Shown here: positions 58,248-64,000 of the stretch, piece by piece
Numbering within the stretch: the first letter of the stretch is position 1
Layout of the letters: each line of letters opens with the position of its first letter
NCBI GenBank assembly: GCA_977017575.1
Contig: CDRNVI010000060.1
Location: forward strand, 62,001-126,000
DNA from: Paramoeba atlantica
Taxonomy: Eukaryota > Protista > Discosea
Length of the DNA: 64,000 nt
Reading direction: 5' to 3'
Program-made: the position numbers and the translations under genes
Notes under the pieces: generated by a model
The model's database searches: none
What the model saw: the letters and a program-made list of their open reading frames with translations, nothing else
What the model was told of the DNA's origin: nothing

Positions 58248-60701
58248 TCACCCCTCGTCGGAATCTTCCGAATCCCCCTCCCCGTTCTCTCCCACCCCCT
58301 TTCCCAAAAACTCCCGTTGGAGCTTCAGAAACACGTGCTGGGTGTACCCCTCGGGCATCTCCCCCGGGTCAAAGTACCCCGGGGAGGCGCCGACGACCCA
58401 GCGCCCCTTGACCGCGCTCACGGTGCGGATGTAGTGCCGCGAGGTGAACACGTACTCGTGGTAGAGCACGAACTCGGGCAGCGGCCCCCCCCGGGCCAGC
58501 AGCCCGCTCCCGGGGTGGATCTCCACCGCCGTCTGGCCCCGGACGAGCCGGTAGGTGCGCTTCCCCACGCTGTGGGCCACATTCATAAAGTGGCCACAGA
58601 GGAGGGATTGCAGCACCCGTTCGCGGGTGTCCCCGGGGAGAGGGGATAATGATCCGTTTTTTGCTAATACATCTTTTGTATTTTTGTCGTAATCCCCTCG
58701 TAGATCTCCAGAACGGGATCGCGGGGATCCCGAAAAGGTTTCTGGAGCAGCGTTACTTTGTTTTGTGTTTAGAGTTGGACGACTCTCGAGTAGAGTTTTG
58801 TCCAGAAAACTGGATCGAGACTGTTGAGCGAGTCGAGCCGGTTTGTGGGCCAACACGCGACGAGCGGTGTTCTCGAGCTGTTGGGTGATGTGGAGGGCGG
58901 TACGCAGACCGCGTAGGTTTAAGAAGTGCGCCTTGGCCCAGTCGGCGCTTTGGTTGGCCTCCACGAACCCGCGGAGGGCGTTCATGAGCAGGAGATGGTC
59001 CCCCGAGGGGTCCGCGAAGGTTTGGTGGGCCTGAGCCGCGACGGCTTTGCGATCCCGGGGGGCTAGCAGTACCCTTGGGGCGTTCAGCATGGCGGCAATG
59101 GCGCACATCTCCGGTCCGACGCCTCGGGAATAGCCTGCGAGAATGCTGCGTGCGAGCTGGGGGTCCAGAGGGAACTCCGCCATACGGTTTCCCGTAGCCG
59201 TGAGGGCTCCGTGCTCGTCCATGGCCCCAATAAAGTGTAGCACCTCCAGCGCGTGCATCAGCGTTTCGGGCGCCGGAGCATCGAGAAAATCAAATTGGAT
59301 TAAATTTGAGATGCCCAGACGCAGCATGGTGAGGACAACCGAGCTTAGATTCACCCGAAGAAGTTCCGGGTAGGTTTGTGGGACCAATTCCTCGAATGCG
59401 GAAAGGGGAAACAGCCGATAACATTTTCCCGGACACGTTCGCCCGGCTCGTCCTTTTCGTTGATCACACGCGGCCTGGCTGATTGGAGTCACGAGCAAGG
59501 ACTCGACCCTTGTACGGGGGTTGAATACTTTCTGTTTGCTAAAGCCGGGGTCTACAACGTAGACGACCCCGTCAATGGTCAGGGAGGTCTCGGCAATATT
59601 GGTGGCAATCACAACTTTACGTCCCCCAGGGGGTGCAGGGTCGAAAATACGTTGTAGAACATGGGGAGGAAGTGCGGCATAGGCAGGAATGCACCGTAGA
59701 GGGGGAATGGGAGATTTCGGGGCTTCCGACTTTACGGATTCAATACCAACATCGTTTCTTTCAAATGTTGACGCCTCCAATGTAGCCCCATTGCCTTGAT
59801 TTCTGCGAAGCGATGCGATCCTTTCCTCAATCCGCAAACACGCATCCTCGATTTCTTCTTCCCCCGGAAGAAACAGCAGAATGTCTCCCGGAGGTTCACT
59901 TCGGTGAATTTTTACAACCGTATGAATCGCACTTTCGAGGTAATCCGGTACCGTCTGTTTTGTATACACAACCTCGACAGGATACACCCGTCCGGGGATG
60001 CGCAACACCGGAGCTTGCGGAAAAAACGCTTGAAATTTTTCACTCTCCAACGTGGCAGACATAATCACCACCTTCAGCTCCGGTCGTTCCGGCAACAACC
60101 TTTTTAAAAACCCCAACAACAGATCGGTTTGCACCGTTCGCTCATGGGCCTCATCCAGCACAATGGCGTCGTATTTTTCCAGTCTCGGGTCGCCCATAGC
60201 CTCCCGAAGCAGCATACCATCGGTTAAATAGGTTAACCGCGTACAGCTGGAGGTTTTATCCTCGAACCGGATCGAATACCCCACCTGCTGCCCGAGCCTC
60301 ACATCACACTCCTGCGCGACACGTTCCGCAATCGACATCGCGGCCACACGTCGGGGTTGGGTACACGCGACTTTCATTTTTGTACTATGATTCCTTAAAT
60401 CTTTATTTATTGTATTCTTCCCCTTCTCGCTCTCCAGCTCCAGTAACATCGCGGGGACTTGCGTGGTCTTGCCACTTCCGGTTTCCCCGAGTAGAATCAG
60501 AACCGAATGGTTTTGGATTAACTCTAAGAAATCGGATTTATGGCCATAGACCGGGAGAGCGCGTCGGGAGGGGAGAAGGGTGTGGTATCGTGGAGAGAAG
60601 GGGAGCCCGGTGAGGGGGTTGTAAGAAGGGGGAGGGGGGGATGGGTCCTGGGGGGAGGGACGTTTTCGGGAGTGGGAGGTGGGGGGAAGTGGGGCGGCCA
60701 T
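58248..60701 (-). CDS. PRP43: DEAH-box RNA helicase Prp43/DHX15
   Basis: NPLTGLPFSPRY N-terminus, GETGSGKTTQ, TQPRRVAA, DEAHERT, MSAT, ATNIAETSLT, QRKGRAGRT, HA2 and OB-fold regions; no introns. Confidence 0.93.
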   Translation of the reverse strand: MAAPLPPTSHSRKRPSPQDPSPPPPSYNPLTGLPFSPRYHTLLPSRRALPVYGHKSDFLELIQNHSVLILLGETGSGKTTQVPAMLLELESEKGKNTINKDLRNHSTKMKVACTQPRRVAAMSIAERVAQECDVRLGQQVGYSIRFEDKTSSCTRLTYLTDGMLLREAMGDPRLEKYDAIVLDEAHERTVQTDLLLGFLKRLLPERPELKVVIMSATLESEKFQAFFPQAPVLRIPGRVYPVEVVYTKQTVPDYLESAIHTVVKIHRSEPPGDILLFLPGEEEIEDACLRIEERIASLRRNQGNGATLEASTFERNDVGIESVKSEAPKSPIPPLRCIPAYAALPPHVLQRIFDPAPPGGRKVVIATNIAETSLTIDGVVYVVDPGFSKQKVFNPRTRVESLLVTPISQAACDQRKGRAGRTCPGKCYRLFPLSAFEELVPQTYPELLRVNLSSVVLTMLRLGISNLIQFDFLDAPAPETLMHALEVLHFIGAMDEHGALTATGNRMAEFPLDPQLARSILAGYSRGVGPEMCAIAAMLNAPRVLLAPRDRKAVAAQAHQTFADPSGDHLLLMNALRGFVEANQSADWAKAHFLNLRGLRTALHITQQLENTARRVLAHKPARLAQQSRSSFLDKTLLESRPTLNTKQSNAAPETFSGSPRSRSGDLRGDYDKNTKDVLAKNGSLSPLPGDTRERVLQSLLCGHFMNVAHSVGKRTYRLVRGQTAVEIHPGSGLLARGGPLPEFVLYHEYVFTSRHYIRTVSAVKGRWVVGASPGYFDPGEMPEGYTQHVFLKLQREFLGKGVGENGEGDSEDSDEG

Positions 60702-60729
60702 GAGGAGGGGGTGGGAAATCTATTCCAGA

Positions 60730-60755
60730 GGTCTGCAAAGCTAGAAAAAAGTTTG
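60730..60755 (-). promoter_or_regulatory. Candidate polypyrimidine tract and AG trans-splice acceptor upstream of PRP43
   Basis: Minus strand CTTTTTCTAGCTTTGCAG about 30 nt before the ATG. Confidence 0.35.
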
Positions 60756-62940
60756 ATTCCGTTTATCCCGTAGTGGATACTTGTACGACGAAGGGTGTAC
60801 ACAGTTAACCTAAGATAGTGTAAAAACGAGCTTGCGAAATGATGCTGCTTTTTTCAAAGCAGGATCATTTCGCAAGCTTTGTGGTGCTTTGCAAAAGCTT
60901 GGAAAAGCTCACACGAAATGGTTTTTTTTATTATTTTGTTCACTACACTCTTAAATAGTGAAAAAAAACTACTTTCGATCTCCAAGCAATAGAATCGGCC
61001 AGAACGCTCTTGAGAATCGGGGAAAGCTGGTCGTAGCTACTGATCGCATCATCAGTTCCGCGAAGAAGAGGGAGCATGCATGCACCCATGTCGAACACAG
61101 CCGTCCTAGCATGTGCTAAAGGCTTTCTCGGAGGCATGAGCCTCTTGGACAAATGTGTTGAACACTGTTCTCAAATTATCTTTTCACGGGAGAATCTCCT
61201 GGGGATCACCCCATTCGAGAACAAGGCCGAGGACATGCATGTAAAGACGAAGAACGCCTGCAAGGCGTACCCCTAGTTATTGCAGCCAAGGAGCTGCGAC
61301 ACATCCAGTGCGACCCTGCTTTGGGTCCCAAGCGATGGTATCCGGTATTTCTTCAGAGCACCGGCAGGGAGCTATGATAATTGCGGAACATCAATGGGCC
61401 TCCGCCGCCGACCTTTACGGCCATCTCCATCAAGAACTCCAGGACCTAAACGCACTTCCCCTGGCCCCTCTCCAGGCCCCACGGAAACGCGAAATTTGGA
61501 GATGGACGAGCCTCCCCTTCTCCCTTCCTGTGCCGACGAACCTCCTGCCCTCACAAACACCCTAACAGACGCCACTAGAGGACCTTACTCATCCCAGTAC
61601 TAAGGACCCACTTCAAGCAAGGCGGACCCTCCCCACCAGCAAGGCGGACACCAACCCCCATCTTCGATGCAACTCCCCGAAGACAATTGGACTAGGGTCA
61701 ACTTACTTCTCGGACCCCAGTTAGCCGGACTCATCTAGGTCCCCATCCCTGCACCCTTTACAACCCCTTACAAGGGCTCGTACAAGCATTAGGTTTCACT
61801 TTGGGGTTCCCTCCCAACGGCAGAAGCCTGACCCACGAACTGGAAGGCCGTACCCGGAGACCGATGAGGACCTGGTAAAGGCAGGGTGCATTTGGTCCTC
61901 TCTCCTAACCCGAAACCACGGCCCCTCCCATGGACCCCACGGCAACGTATTCGTCGGATCGGAAGCAGGGGCCAGTATAGAGACGCCATCCGATCTCCCA
62001 GATGAACACATCCCCTTCTTCCTTTGTAACGCCCTGGGTATAGCTCAGTGCTTCGCAGGAGCCTGGACCCCGTCCGTGTGGGAGGACGGAATGGCATGCT
62101 GGAGCTTCACAACGACGGAGGGTCTGATAGCCGACTCGGAATGGTCGGCCGAGTGCGTGCGGTGTAAGCTCCACAGAGGGTGCATCGAGGCCAACCCGGG
62201 ACCAGGTCGCGGAAAACGTAAGTATACCCCATCCAAATCCTCCTGTCCCGATGATAATAACCTCGTGAACACAACGGGACAGACGAGCCAGACGAGCATA
62301 CACTTCGAGGATACCCCCACCCCGCTACCCTACGAATATTACACTCCGAACCCTAATCGCACATCCCCTTCCCATGGGGGAGTCATGCTTGATGCCAGCG
62401 AGGATTACGCTGGATACAATCTGCATACATCATGTACACACATCATACCATCATGTGACGATCTCCATCCAAGAAACGGTCCCGAGAGTACGTCCATTTC
62501 GCGTTAAAAGTGATCTGCGGATTTGCAACTCCAGGACGCTCGACGTGACGGGCCTGCATCACCCAGATGGCGAAGAGAACGAGAAATATCAGATGGGAGA
62601 CATGCATCAAAAAGAAAGGAGAAATAGCAGAAAATACTCTGTTTTGACCTATGTTGTGCTTGTATACTTTACATATACGTATGTATGATTACCATTAGCA
62701 TCTTTACCACTTGCATCTTTGATCGACCCCAGAGAAATTTGGGAGCAGATAACTATATGTAAGTACATACATGTGTATGTATACATACATGTATATTGTA
62801 CCCGCTTTCAAACTTATTTTCTTTGTGTACGAAGAAAAAAATTATCCTACAATTCGCGAATTATTTATATTGCAGTTATATTTACATGTGTATAATCATA
62901 CATTACTAACACAAGCTTACATAACTTATGCGTAAGTAGC

Positions 62941-63795
62941 CTACACGAATTCTATCAATGTATCTATTGTGTTAAAGCATCTTTTTTCAAGACCAACTTG
63001 CATCACGCGACCACGCAAATTAGGATTGTTATCTAAGCGACAGTACGCCGCATTTTTTACCCAGCACTCCGCGTTAACCAAAAGTTCGAAATTATTGTCT
63101 TGTGCATAGAGTTCAACAAAAAAGTCCGGAAGATTACGAAAATCAAGTTTCCCACTAAAATGGTTGTTCGAAACGTCCAAGACTCGTAAATTCAATGGTA
63201 GATGGCACAAATCTATTGTCCCATCAAACTTATTATGTTCCAACCACATGTCGGTTAAATTAGGAGGCAACTTTGTGAGGTTGATCTGCCCGGTAAAATC
63301 GTTTTGGTTTAAGTAAAGCTTCTCAATGAGAGGAGGCAAAAATTGTGGATCAAACCTGCCAAAAAAACGATTAGAACTAAGATTGCATAACTTTAAAGAT
63401 TGCGGAAGACAACGAAATTCAACCTCGCCTGTCAAGTCATCATTATCCAGATGCAGGTCGATGAGAGTCAATGGAAGATACTTCCAAACAACCAAGCCGC
63501 GTGTTGGATACACTTTTGGAACATAATCTGAATTGGTCCAGTCTAATGCTGTGACTTCATCCATCTCATTGCACGTCACACCCGACCACTTGCATGCTGT
63601 TACGTTTGTACACCATGTGGGATGCAGACCTTCCAGATTTTTAACAAAACGAGCTAAATCGTATTCTTGTGGTAATGCGGCACCGCGAATTCTACCCGGC
63701 GCTCGTGATGTAGATTGTGATGACACGGAACCTGGCAGTGATACCGTTGCCCCATTTCGAGTAGGTGCGTCGTCAGCTGACGTTACTGAATACAT
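62941..63795 (-). CDS. LRR protein (284 aa)
   Basis: RAPGRIRGAALPQEY motif, ACKWSGVTC cap, LRRs. Confidence 0.92.
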   Translation of the reverse strand: MYSVTSADDAPTRNGATVSLPGSVSSQSTSRAPGRIRGAALPQEYDLARFVKNLEGLHPTWCTNVTACKWSGVTCNEMDEVTALDWTNSDYVPKVYPTRGLVVWKYLPLTLIDLHLDNDDLTGEVEFRCLPQSLKLCNLSSNRFFGRFDPQFLPPLIEKLYLNQNDFTGQINLTKLPPNLTDMWLEHNKFDGTIDLCHLPLNLRVLDVSNNHFSGKLDFRNLPDFFVELYAQDNNFELLVNAECWVKNAAYCRLDNNPNLRGRVMQVGLEKRCFNTIDTLIEFV

Positions 63796-64000
63796 GGAGT
63801 AAACATTTACAAGAGTCCTGCATTTTTGATATATGCATTTGTATATAGTACATTGAGACTGTATACTACCCCTCTTATTATCATTTTGTTGAAAAGGCCA
63901 TGGACTCGATTAATCCCAAAATCTCCCAAAAATGTTTTAAAGACTATCTAAAGTGAGGGGATCCATGGGGCAGCATGCCCAAACTCTTCTACCAGTGCTA

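Noticed and set aside
61308-61565. RQGAM...GH stretch resembling a tyrosine recombinase active site
   Set aside because: Too weak; no other YR motifs or RT nearby.
62030-62110. tRNA-like start GGGTATAGCTCAGTG, or L1Tc Pr77-like CCCTGG
   Set aside because: No T-loop or acceptor pairing, and no complementary CCAGGG or CACCTCAACGTG core.

Overview
Eukaryotic DNA, most consistent with a kinetoplastid (Perkinsela-like/early-branching) protist: intronless genes, every recognisable host gene on the minus strand as in a polycistronic unit, and three copies of a spliced-leader (SL)-like motif. Only three single-copy host genes are present (a 1171-aa hypothetical protein, a TMEM184/OST-alpha transporter, and the DEAH helicase Prp43). 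They sit among about 13 largely intact and several broken members of one short LRR-protein family and a dense set of mobile elements: RLE-type (HERO/NeSL/R2-like) LINEs, Tc1, pogo, hAT, PIF/Harbinger, Merlin, a bacterial-type IS30 remnant, MITEs, and an unassigned family ending in ACCCGCAGCCCCTC. The best candidate for a new system is at 28.3-34.5 kb. An intact RLE LINE with four Mer3/HFM1-type zinc fingers is bracketed by 26-nt direct repeats matching the 3' part of the kinetoplastid SL exon. It lies next to two related SL-headed non-coding units, and the whole composite appears to be nested in an LRR gene. All alignments and family assignments were made by eye from motifs; no searches were run.
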